A DNA stretch of 64,000 nucleotides, from the NCBI RefSeq assembly GCF_009914755.1, contig NC_060926.1, one strand, 5' to 3'. Positions 21,721-56,902 of the stretch are shown here, in pieces. Under the pieces are notes generated by a model. The model was not told the origin of the DNA. It made no database searches and saw only the letters and a program-made list of their open reading frames with translations. A program made the translations under genes and the position numbers. The first letter of the stretch is position 1, and each line of letters opens with the position of its first letter. The stretch comes from the human T2T-CHM13v2.0 reference genome, Homo sapiens.

Positions 21721-22024
21721 TGAAGTCCAATATAACCCCCAGACTTTGGAGCCTTCTGTACCAGAGTCCAAGGCCTTATACATCCCCTTTCCTCCTCTTC
21801 TCATGGGCTAGAATATAGATGCAGTGATGAGCCACCTTGCACCAAGTAAATGAAGAAAACATGGTTTTTCACAAAAAGAAGTTTGGACCCCTGGGTGACC
21901 TCGTGGAACAGAGCTGCCCTACTTTTCTGGACCACCTCCTTTGGATTACTAAGTGAAAATATTCTCCTGGAATCCTTTTGGGCTATTTTTTTCTCACAAA
22001 ACCGTGTGGGTCTGTGGAATGGGC

Positions 22025-25570
<3,546 letters not shown>

Positions 25571-27004
25571 ATGAATAGAAAGAATTGATGGACACAAGAG
25601 AGAAATTCTCCAGTAAAAACCACAGATCCATGACCTAGCAAACATATGGTCAGCAAGCTGTTTTTCAAGGGCTGTCTTCTTAGGGAAGAAAGATTTTTTG
25701 AAACATGTATATGTGTGTGTTGCCCCAGGGGGTGGTATTTGGGACATTGCTCAGTATTTTCCACTGTCAAACATAAACTATACTACACCCCAGAATGTAC
25801 TCAAGATGTTTGGCATCAGTAGAGTATTTTGTTGCCATTCAGATGAACGATCTCTGCTTGGAAGGCGTTGAGGCACAGCAACACGTTAAAAAGAGACCCT
25901 GTTTATTCACCCAAGGGAAGCAAAGGGAGGTTAGATGGAAATTGAAGGTTGGGTGGTGATATTGTTGCTGCTGCCAGTTGGGAGGTGGTAGAACAACCCT
26001 CACACTCCAACCCCTGGCATAGCTTATCCTGTAATAGAGATGCAGCTTGCCTAGCTGTAGTTCCCATGTCATTTATTACTTAATGCCAGGCATTAAGACA
26101 AATGACAATATTCTTTGGTGTATTAGGAAGAATGAAAGTATTCTGATTTGGCTCGAGAAGGGACAACATAAATGGGAGTGTTCTGATGACAAAGGCCTTT
26201 GAATGTCATGCTTAAGGGTTTGGATTTTATTCCATTGCTCCCAAAGCATGTAAAAATGTTTGTAGCAAGGAGTGATGTGACAGAATATTTGTTTTTGTAA
26301 AGATCATCTGGTAGCAGTTTGCAAGATGGTTTGGAAAAGAATTTGAATGGAAGTAAGACAATCATTCAGGAGCCTGTTACCACAATGGAAGTCGAAGATG
26401 GAAGGTCCTTAGACAGTGAGAGAATTGAGATGAGGGAGATGTATTTGAAAGACATTGATTTGAGAAATGAATAGAATCTTTCAGGAAGCTTAGCTGAATT
26501 GCATATAATCTTCACAATAACGTTTTTCTTGAGTTGGCATTGAAAACCTTGAACAGAAAAGCGAACTAATTTTAGGGATACAAATGTTTTTATCAGTTTT
26601 AAAGGCAGCGAGATTGGGAGAAAGAAAGAAAGTTTTTCCTTTTCAAAGAATAATTGAATCAAATGGAAATTAATGATACCTATTTTCACGATGCTGAGAT
26701 CGAATTCTTGTCATAAAAGGCATTTGCAGCCTGATCTGCATGTCAGCCCCCATGCTTCACTTTGACAGTTTGAAAAGAGAACACAGCACATGTACCGGAA
26801 GTCAACGCCTACTTATGTACCTGTTGTTTTAATGCTCCACCCAGAAATTAGTGTTCTAACTTGTATAATCTGTATGGCTCTGTTGATTGCTGGGGGTGAA
26901 TGATTATCCTTAGGTTAGGAAGAAACTTTTAGGCTTAATTCCTTTGCAAGACTTTAAGATAATTAACACAGATGTATAATGTAAATATCAGGCAATATCG
27001 TGGT

Positions 27005-27240
27005 CTATGGGTTGTAGAATTAGACTGCCTGCTCTCAAATCCCAGTCCTTCCTGTTTCTGGCTGTGGGATCATGGACAAATTACCTGCTACCAAGAAATC
27101 TGTTTCCTTACTTGTTAAAATGGGAATAGTAATAGCACCTAACTCATGGGGTTGCTGTAATGTTCACATGGGGAAATCCTTAAAAAGTGGTTAGCTCAGT
27201 GCCTGGCACACAAAGCATGCTCGATAATTGTAGGTATTGA
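27005..27240 (+). mobile_element. MIR SINE
   Basis: tagactgcct..tcaaatcccag..ggacaaattac..tgttaaaatgggaatagtaatagcacctaactcatggggttgctgt..gtgcctggcaca. Confidence 0.75.
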
Positions 27241-27569
27241 TCATTACCTACAAGTTTTAGCTTAGGACTTTTAAAAGCAGTAGAGAATAAAGGGGAAGGC
27301 AGAGAGAGAGAGTGGGACTTCTTTGAGTTACTTCATGAGAAGGGTGAGAAGATTTTAAGTAGAGATTCAAAAACATGTTTTGTTTTGTGGACTTTGTTAA
27401 AAAAAATACTGAATCTGCATGGAGTTCACACATTATTATATGTCTGCCTTCTGAAGGCATCTGAGTTGGGGACCCCTGTGTCTAGCCCCAAAATGCCATG
27501 TTTATCACCATATCTGGTTAAGAGTGGTGAGAAAATATTATACTGTATAGTACTATATTTCTCTTACTT

Positions 27570-28470
<901 letters not shown>

Positions 28471-28689
28471 AACTCCTTGTTTACCTTTGCTATAAGGATA
28501 CAGTCTAGGTCTTTATCTCATGCTCTACCACTTTTTTTTTTTTCTATTTCATAAACTGAAACAAGTGGTAACTTCTTCCCAAACTTTATCTCAAGTCTTG
28601 GAAAGAATCACAATGTAACGATGTAATGTAATCAGCAATGTAATGTTTGAAAATCTTGATCATAGTAGAGAGAAATCTCCAAATTAGTA

Positions 28690-29008
28690 CAGTTATCCTT
28701 CAGTATCCACAGGACATTGGTTTCAGGACCTCCCACACATACCAAAATCCAAGGATGCTCAAGTCCCTGATATAAAATAGTATAGTATTTGCATATAACC
28801 TATGCACATCATTCCATATACTTTAAATCCTCTTTAGAGTAGTTATAACATCTAATACAATGTAAATGCTATAAAAATAGTTGTTGTATTGTTTAGGGGA
28901 TAACAATAAGAAAAAAAGCCTGGGCATGTTTAGTACAAATACAGCCATTGATTTTTTTTCTTCTGAATATTTTTCGTCTGTGAAACTCAGATATGGAGGG
29001 CCAACTGT
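28690..29008 (+). mobile_element. MER2 (TcMar-Tigger) DNA transposon
   Basis: cagttatccttcagtatcc..ttggtttcaggacctcc..ataccaaaatccaaggatgctcaagtccctgatataaaat ... gatatggagggccaactg. Confidence 0.8.
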
Positions 29009-29011
29009 GTT

Positions 29012-37145
<8,134 letters not shown>

Positions 37146-37589
37146 AGCATTCACTTGTTAAGCAACACCTGCCCTGAACTTTATGCCAGTTGCCATGCAA
37201 AGCAAATAATCTTCTCCAACAGGTTTTCCTAGCAGATAATGTGTCTAGGCAGAAATTGCAGGCCCTGAATTATTTCCTTAAAATGGATTTCATAATTCTA
37301 CATTAAAGAGATACGTAATATTGACTAATGGCTTATTTAGTGCCTTTTCACCATGAAAAGGAAGTAAATGTAGTGTACCCCAGCGGGGTCCCACACAACC
37401 ACTTTTCATATACATTTCCTTTGAACCATTCACCAAGGGCATCACAATTAGTGCCCTGTGAAGACCTGGTCTGTGATTTAAACAACCTAAATTTCTGCCC
37501 AAACACAACCTTTCTCCTTGACCTTGAGCTCCATGTGAGTCAACAACGGGATGAGACAGCTAAAAAAAAAAAAAAGTAACTTTGCCCTT

Positions 37590-37940
37590 GGGCTGTCTTA
37601 ATAGAATTGGGGGAGTGTTTATCCAATTCTACTTGAACTGATCAGACAGCACCTAGGGGTACTGTGTTCTTTTCTGGGAATTACAGTTTAAGAGAAACAA
37701 TGATAAACTGAAATATGTCCAGAGGAGAGGGAACCGGATGGAGAGAAACTATATCATGTGAGGAGCATTGAGCAAACTGGTGGAAGCTATTTATCCTGGA
37801 AAAGAAAGAGCAGGGTAACAATTTTTTCAAATGCCCAAGGGCTGGCATTTGGAAGAGGGAACTATTCAAACTGGCTTCAAAAAATTGAGGGGCGCTAATG
37901 TTAGCTCAATGTAAGGCAGAATTTCCTAAAGATTATAGTT
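37590..37940 (+). mobile_element. L3/CR1 LINE fragment
   Basis: gataaactgaaatatgtccagaggagaggga..catgtgaggagc..tatcctggaaaaga, typical of degraded CR1 3' ORF2. Confidence 0.5.
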
Positions 37941-38941
37941 GTTAAACATTTAAAAACTAAATTAAATGAATTATTTATTCAGCACCTACTATGTATTCTA
38001 GGCCCTGGAGAGAGAGTAGGACACAGAACTTATGGAGATTTCATTCTACTGTAAAGCTATGTCAGAGGGTGGTACATTTCTCATACTTGGAGATGTTTAA
38101 TGATGCAACCTTAAAGTGAGGGGTTTTAAGCAGGAAATCAGACATTACACGTGATTGGACTTGTTGATGTCTAAAATTCAGTAAGCGCTGAAACCCTAAG
38201 GTTCTGTTAGGTTCTACTAAGTTTTTTGAAGGGATGGGGTGACATGGAGGCTATAGAGAGAAGACGGTATGAAATATATTTTTTAAAATAATCTTTAGAC
38301 TGTTTGAAACGGGGTGGAGTCAGATTGGCTAAAGATCATAGGATCACAGCCTTGGTTTTGTGTGTGTTTTTTCCCTTTGTTTTTAAAAGACAGGTCTGGC
38401 TCAGTTGCCCAGACTGGAGTGCAGTGGCGCAATAATGGTTCACTGCAGTTTCAACCTCCTGGGCTCAAGCAATTCTCCTGCTTCAGCCTCTTGAGTAGCT
38501 GGGGCTGCAGGCGCGCCACCACGTTCCGCACTAACCTGGTTAAGGCTGGATGGCGTCATAGCTATTCGCCCAGGGCGCCCGCCTCATTCGGGTGGGGATG
38601 GGGGAGGTGGGTGGTGGCAGCGGCGGGGGGCTGGGTTTCAAGCCATCCAGGTCAGGCGGCCGGCTTACCTTACTACAAAAGAGGAGAACTCTGCTCCTCT
38701 CAGTGTCTCGGTACACGTGGCACTGTGGACCTCAGCTGCTGCCAGCCCCTCAAAGCCTGTCACCCCTCCATCCACTGTACCCACTCCAGCGCGTTTCCTT
38801 TCCTATTGCGGACACCTCCCAAACTCACCTTCCACCCTAGTTCTTTCTTGCTACCAGATCGACCTCCTCCCTCCTAGATAACCCTGTTTTGGCCCCCTTT
38901 GTAGGCACAAACTTGAACCTTGCTCCGTTTGAAAGAGCCCA

Positions 38942-39261
38942 GGCCGGGCACGGTGGCTCACACCTGTAATCCCAGCATTTGGGAGGCCGAGGCGGGCAGA
39001 TCATTTGAGGTCAGGAGTTCAAGACCAGCCTGACCAACATGGTGAAACCCAGTCTCTTCTAAAACTACAAAAAAAAAAAAAAAAATTAGCCGGGCATGGT
39101 GGCGCATGCCTGTAATCCCAGCTACTCGGGAGGCTGAGGCAGGAGAACTCCTTGAACCCGGGAGGTGGAGGTTTGCAGTGAGCCAAGATCGCGCCATTGC
39201 ACTCCAGCCTGGGCGAAAAGCGCGAGACTCTGTCTCAAAAAAAAAAAAAAAAAAAAAAAAA
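38942..39261 (+). mobile_element. AluS with many CpGs retained, directly upstream of the MER21C LTR
   Basis: Full dimer with A25 tail. CpGs such as gatcgcgcc and gggcgaaaagcgcgag. Confidence 0.9.
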
Positions 39262-39289
39262 GCAGCCCAACACCGGTGTCTTGCATTCA

Positions 39290-39658
39290 TTACAAATCGT
39301 GTCCACAGCCCGCTTCCCAGCTTCCAACTTCCACCTCCAGGGGAGGACTGGGGGCTGGAGATTGCATTAATTTCCAATGGCCAGTGGTTTAATCAATCAT
39401 GACTAAGTAATGAGCCTCCGTAAAAACCAGAGCTTCCGGTCTGGTGAACACACGGAGGTCCTGGAAATGGTGGCGCGCCCAGAGGGCATGGAAGCTCCGC
39501 GCCCCTTCCCACAGACCTTGTCCCGTGCATCGCTTCCATCCGGCTCTTCCTGAGTTCTGGCCCTTGTAGTAAACCTGCAGTCTTGTAAGTACGCCATTTT
39601 CCCGAGTTCTCCGATCTGATCTAGCGAACTAATGAATGTGAGGGGCGGTCGTGGGAAG
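39290..39658 (+). mobile_element. MER21C-like LTR fragment
   Basis: Matches recalled MER21 consensus blocks ggggctggagatt..ccaatggcc..tttaatcaatcatg, ggtggcgcgccc..agagggcatggaagctccgcgccccttcccaca and gtcgtgggaa. Confidence 0.75.
39430..39584 (+). ncRNA. CMKLR2-AS: Probable first exon of the imprinted antisense lncRNA GPR1-AS (start approximate)
   Basis: Lies in the MER21C LTR, downstream of a degenerate TATA (gtaaaaa, about 39420), and ends at donor CTT|GTAAGT (39585-39590). The identity rests on recalled knowledge that GPR1-AS starts in an intronic MER21C LTR. Confidence 0.55.
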
Positions 39659-39977
39659 CCTCAGCCTCCCAAGTAGCTGGGACTCCAGGCATGTGCCACC
39701 ATGCCCAGCTTACTTCCTGTTTTCTTATTTGTAGGTACTGCTTTGCATGTTTTTCTCAGCCCAGCATAGATACTAAATCAAATACATTGATCAAGCTTAC
39801 CATATAAGTGTTTTGGTACAATCAGCTCCTGTTCCTTCATCGATGATATAGGGAACTGGGGAAGAAACCATGAGTAAACTGTTCTAGGTTTATTGTATGA
39901 ATGACAAAAGATAATATATGTTAGGGCATAGCTCAGTGTCTGGATCATAGTAAGAGCTCAATAAATGTGCAATATCA

Positions 39978-40289
<312 letters not shown>

Positions 40290-40449
40290 TCATTGTTATG
40301 ACTTTACTTGATTCTTTCATTACATTGTATTATGAAATATTTCACATGACTTACATGACTTTGCTGAAACATAGCAAATTCTCGGGCTTCTAGCTAATTT
40401 AATGATCAATGGCTCTAATCAGAGAGCTCATTTGTGGTTACTGTTTTCC

Positions 40450-47970
<7,521 letters not shown>

Positions 47971-49212
47971 CATCTATAATCTCACCATCAGAGTAACACA
48001 TCTATTATCAGTTTTGCATATTCAATCTTTTCTACTTCATTTATTTTTTACATGATTATCATTCTGGTTAACATGATCTGTTATTAAATATTTATCTCAG
48101 GGACATGACAATTAGCAGTCAAGTAACAGAAAATGTATGACCTTTTATAAACTAAATGACTTAAATCAGATAAAATCATAAAATAGGCCATGAAAAACAT
48201 AATAATCTAGTGTCTGGAAGATGTACAAATATGATGAGAATTATTCACTAAGAATAATTACTTATAACTTGAGACCCAGGAAAGGTCCCTTGGCCTTTTT
48301 TTTTTTTAACAAGACAAAATTACCATCGGATTAATTTAACAACAGGTTTGTGGATTCTTGGGTGAATGAGTCTGCCTTAAGTGAAAAAGGCAATTTAAGA
48401 GCATTATTGCCAGTGAAAGTCCTGTTATCAAACTTGATTTGGTTTTCATCAGCTTTCTTTTGGAGGAAAAGATAAAAGACAATTGGTGCTCACAGTTTCT
48501 GACTAGAAAAGGAATAATTGAATAGCTGAACCCTTGTCTCCCACAGTCTTCCCTGCATTTAGCCATCTACCCCTTGTTGGGAGAGCCCAGATACCAATTA
48601 TTCTAACAAGAAATTGATAGCGAGATTCAAAAAGGCAACAACAATAAACAAATGGGAAGGCCCAACAAACCACAAGCCTTTCATCGTAAAAATGGGGAGC
48701 CAGTGGCGGGGAGCTGCATTACAACTCAATTTATAACTTTTTTCCCACCTTGTAATCTAAAGAGGGCAATATCAGCTTTCATCTCGGAGTACCATTTTTT
48801 TCTACTAGTTTCTCAACAGTGAGCCTTCCACAAATGATGTTTGACTATTTCTAGATCACAACTCCTTAAAAGACAGATTTATGAGCTGTAATTATGTAGG
48901 TAAAAGCTGAGAAAATTACTGAAAGTTCTTTGTCCGCCCACCCCAGCAACATGCTCATTTTCTCTCTTGCAGTGTTTTAGGATTAATCAGCAGCTGTAGC
49001 GAACCCTGTAGGATCGTCCCTAAACACTTTTGCCAAGACCAAAAATATGAATCTGCAGACAGAGCATTTTGTAAACGATCAGGAGTCCTTTTCCTTTTTT
49101 GCCAGCTGGTAGTTAGTCAAATGCTGTTTTGTAAATAAATCATCTGCAGGAATCCTCATCAGGTCCACTGTAAATGTGTCAGTTTGAGGAAAACAAACAG
49201 GAAAGCACTTAC

Positions 49213-49426
49213 CAGTTAAATTTCTGTGAGGAGAGAAGCTATTGTCATGCCTGGGTGTACCTTCCCGGTTCCAGAATGAAATGGAGGGTGGTGTTCAGAA
49301 CGGCTGCATTCCTCATTCCACTTTTATCTGGCTTTTGAAATGACAGTGTAGAGAAGAATGATGTTGGGTTTTGAATGTGGTTCTTCCCTTCCCCCACCCC
49401 CCTCCATAAAAATTCATCATGCAATC
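49213..49426 (-). other. CMKLR2: CMKLR2/GPR1 non-coding 5'UTR exon (214 nt)
   Basis: Minus strand acceptor ttgcttacttttctccAG|GATTGC and donor AACTG|GTAAGTgc, in unique non-repeat sequence. Confidence 0.7.
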
Positions 49427-49742
49427 CTGGAGAAAAGTAAGCAATGAACATACTGTACAAATTAATTCTTTCGACCAGCCTATGTTTGTGTAAGAAGTTT
49501 GTTTTTTGAATGGAAACCACTGCTACTAGCTGTTCTGCTGCAGACTGAAAATCGGTAATGGATGGGGGTCACCCAGCCCTCCTTTGTCTGGGTAGGCTTT
49601 TGCTTATGAAAAGGCAAGTTAAATTAGCAGAGATGGAATGTTCTTCGAATGCATGGTATAAGGCTCATCAGGAGATTTTACTTTCTGTGATTCAGTGTGT
49701 CCTGATAGTGAAGAGATGGAATCACATATTGGTTAAGTGTGA

Positions 49743-52485
<2,743 letters not shown>

Positions 52486-53711
52486 CAACAGGTTTTTGAC
52501 AGAAGAATGTGTGCAAGCAGGTCTATAGGGCCAACTGGGCTCAGAGATGGAAGATACACAATGCCGCTATCATATTATTCTGGGGACTAGGATCTCCCAT
52601 TTCATACAAATAGCATTTCTCCACTAATGCTTGAACTATCACTATTAGAAAACTGTTCTTTTGAAGATATTACATTGTAAAAGAGAAGATTTATATTAAT
52701 CTAATGAAGCTTTAATAGTGAGAAAGGTTTGGGCGATTTTAAGTGGGTCATCCCCTCCCCTCCCATCAACCCCATGAGAAAAATTGGGGTTGCCAACTTG
52801 GCCTTTCATCTTTTGATATCATTAAGGTTAGCATTATTCTTTCTCTTTCTTGCATGACGTTAAATAGCACATTTCTCCCAAACATCTAAAAACTCTGATG
52901 ATAGAAATTTTAGAAATAGACATTTGGGAGAATATTATATCATCAAGTCATATTAATTTTTGTCAGTGATCATTCTAATCTTTTTGTTGTTGTTTGAAAA
53001 AAAAAATCTATCCGGAACAAAAGCATTGGAAGAGAGATATACAAAAGGACACTTTCTTACAAAGAAGCTGATTTATGAAAAACAAAGACACTTCAATTTT
53101 TTTCCTCCTGTCATACAGGGTGATGACTATCTTGTGTAAATGCCTTTCTTAGGGCTGGCTCTTCAGGGTAGTCACATTGGAGATTAGACTTAGGGGGCCC
53201 TTACTTGGTTAAACTGTGAGGCTGGAGACACACAAAGCTTTTTCCAGAGACTGAAATGGACTCACATGGCAGGCTCAGTAGCCCTGGGGGTCACAGCGAG
53301 GAACCATGGCAACCCAGCCATACAGGGACGTTTTCATCCACTTAAAGCAGAGAATTCTTAAAGGCTTCTAAATGAGGACGAAGCCTTGTCTAGATTCTTG
53401 CTTCTAATTCTGTTTTGCCCGATGCAGAAAGTGATTCTTGAGGATACTTAGTGGGAAAGTCTGCGGAGGACTTAGTTCTCCATCTTTTCCACTAAGATTT
53501 CCGAAGTTCTAATTACCTGTAGAAATGTGGGGAACAGCTTCTGTTTTATCTCTAATTTGAATAAACCTTCACTTTTAATATGCCAAATACGAATTCAAAA
53601 GAGATCCAGATACAAAGCATTTTTAGGTTGGTTTTCTTAACTACAATATACTGGCTCAGACACAAGGCATGCGCGGGGTGTGAAGCTTTGGGGGGCAAAG
53701 CAAGCACTCAC

Positions 53712-53950
53712 CTCTCTGAAGTTGCCGGTGCCTGTGGCTGCTGCGGGAAAGTGCGTGGCCAAAGTTTTCAGGGCTCTGGGCTCTGTCTGAATCCTTGTGG
53801 TTTAATGATTTCTCTGGGAGGACGGGTCACAGCTGCCCTGAGTCTAGGAAGAAGTATTTCCTCTCTTTGCAACAAAGGGAAATACATAATATTTTAAGTT
53901 ATTGCCCTGGAAAAGGAAATGTGGTTTGCCAGTGGTTAAGTAAATCTGTT
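53712..53950 (-). other. CMKLR2: Candidate CMKLR2/GPR1 first exon and promoter region (5' boundary uncertain)
   Basis: Consensus donor AGAG|GTGAGTgc at 53711-53706 in a locally GC/CpG-enriched unique stretch. Spacing fits a recalled gene span of about 43 kb. Confidence 0.55.
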
Positions 53951-55473
53951 GTACATCAGTTAGTCAACAGCATCTGGGTGACACCATTGTTGGCCCTGAT
54001 TTAAGAGAAAGGGCTGCTGTGGACATTCAGGTCACTCCCAATTACCTACTCTAATTATGCTACTTTTCTCATTAAACTGCAGATAATTGTGGCTATGATG
54101 TAAGTGTATCTGGATTTTTCCAAAATGCCACATTTTAGGAAAGGAAAAGGATCAGATAAGACAGCATATTTTCTCAACCTCTTTAAACTTGTTCAGCTGC
54201 TACTTTTGCATTTTTCATTAGGAAATTGGTAGCCTGGGGGCTCACTGCAGCTGTGAATGTGTTTTGTTTGTGAAGCAGTGTTTTCTAGAGTTTGAATTAA
54301 TTTCCAACATTTAGAAGTCAGAAATCTTAGCCATCTAGATTATCGGCTCCTCATGAAAAAATTAGCAGATCTGGGTACACTGGGCCCATGTCCCAACAGG
54401 GATACTGTTCGAGGTGTCTGCGTAGTGGCTTACTCCCAGCACCACCTGCCCGCTTTTGGCAGGGCATTGCATCCCAGCTCCACACCTTTCTCCTCTGTCC
54501 TCCTCACTCATGGACACTGTCTGGATCCTCCAGCAATTTACACTTTCAATTTTTGTATCTTTTTCTAATTCTTTTCCTATTGAGTTTCTTCCATTTAGGA
54601 AAATTGAATATGCAGAATAAGTCACTGGGTGCTTATTTTTACTGCATAAGGAGCTTTAGATTTGTTCATTAAAAGAAAATGAATCCCCAGTGTTTCCCTA
54701 GTAAAACCTGAATGCATTATAAAGCATTATGGAATTAACAAAACCAACCTTGCTGAGCTTAACTATGGAATGGAAGTATGACGAAAGGCCGTGTAGTAGG
54801 GAGCAGTCTACCTAGGTATAGGCAATAAAGGGACTACTGTCTGTAGGGAATTTAAAAACGATAATAAAACCAACTAAAGCCCTTCTGCTTTTTGTTGGCA
54901 CCATGTGCCAGCAATTCTCAAGTCAATGATGAAATACTCCTCCCCTCAAGAGACCTCTTGTTGGTTTTGGTTTCAGTTGTGAACAATTACTGTGATTATA
55001 ATGAGCTGTAGTTTTATGAATATGTATAATCTACTTTTAAATAGACAATGTATTTTACATAAAAGCTAAGTATTCTTATTTTAATTTTTGTTACTTCTCT
55101 TTAATAGACAATGTATTTTACATTGAAGATAACTGAAAAAACTCCCAATTATAAAGATGCCCCGATGCCATGTGTTGATTCAGATATGCTTTCTCTTGAG
55201 ATTAAGTTGATAATGGCTCCAAAACACTGGCACAGCTTGCATTTTCCCATTGTGATCTACATGTGCCTGCATTCAAACAACAGATTTAAAATACATAATG
55301 ATAGCACAACCATGGCAAAATAAAGAAGCAGAACTTGTCATTTCAACTTCTTTATTCCATATTCTCTCTTGGAATTTTTAGTTTTTTAAAATTTTAAACA
55401 GTGAAACAAAAAGTGCTTCAAGGTGTACTATTTTTTTTTCCTTTGGCAATTGTAAATTTTAGTCCATAGATGA

Positions 55474-55893
<420 letters not shown>

Positions 55894-55910
55894 TAGTGAG
55901 ACTGTCTCTA

Positions 55911-56126
<216 letters not shown>

Positions 56127-56902
56127 TTAATGCTCTGTTTTAAAACTACAAACTGAATCAAGAAGTAAAGGCATTATGGCAATGACGTGATTTACTAGTT
56201 GCCTGAATTGTACCTTCTGCAGACATTTCAGTTTTATTAAAATTTAGTTATTAATTGCTGGACAATTATTTGCATAAAATATTATTATGTCATACTGTAA
56301 CCAAGAGCTCTATGGTCAAATTTGTTAGATATAAAAACTGTGAGGAAATCATTGTCCATTTTTTCTTTTTTTGTACTGTGGATATATATTACTCATTTAT
56401 TTTTAATTTAGTTTCCTGGCACAATTATATATTATGAGGTTCAATTAAAAAAAAATTCTGTGGTAGCTCATGCCTCAGTGTGGTGACTCACACTTGAAAT
56501 CCCAGCACTTTGGGAGGCTGAGACAGGAGGATTGCTTGAGTGCAGGAGTCCAAGACCAGCCAGGGTAACATAGTGAGACCCTGTCTGTAAAAATTAGCCA
56601 GGTGTGGCAGCACATGCATGTAGTCCAAGCTACTTGGGAGGCTGAGATGTGAGACGGAGCCCAGGACATTGAGGCTGCAGTGAACCACAATCATGCCACT
56701 GTACTCCAGTCTGGGCAATAGAAGGAGACTCTAAAACAAACAAACAAACAAAAAACACCTCACCATCTGCAGTTTTTGTTTCATTTCATGATATTACTGA
56801 AATTATTCTGGTCATATTGAAAAAGAGAGTACTAAAAATTGATCTACTATAGATGCCAGCATAGATACACCACTGCAATGGTACACAGAGACATCAAAGT
56901 AA

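Larger units (their letters stand above)
38480..39660. promoter_or_regulatory. CpG-rich region, candidate GPR1-AS germline DMR/promoter
   Basis: Visible CpG excess against a CpG-poor background (ggcgcgcc, gggcgcccgcc, gcggccggc, ctccgcgcc), including CpGs retained within the Alu and LTR. Confidence 0.6.

Noticed and set aside
39388-39400. Possible DUX4 site TTAATCAATCA
   Set aside because: Spacing does not match the TAAYYYAATCA consensus, so it is not called.
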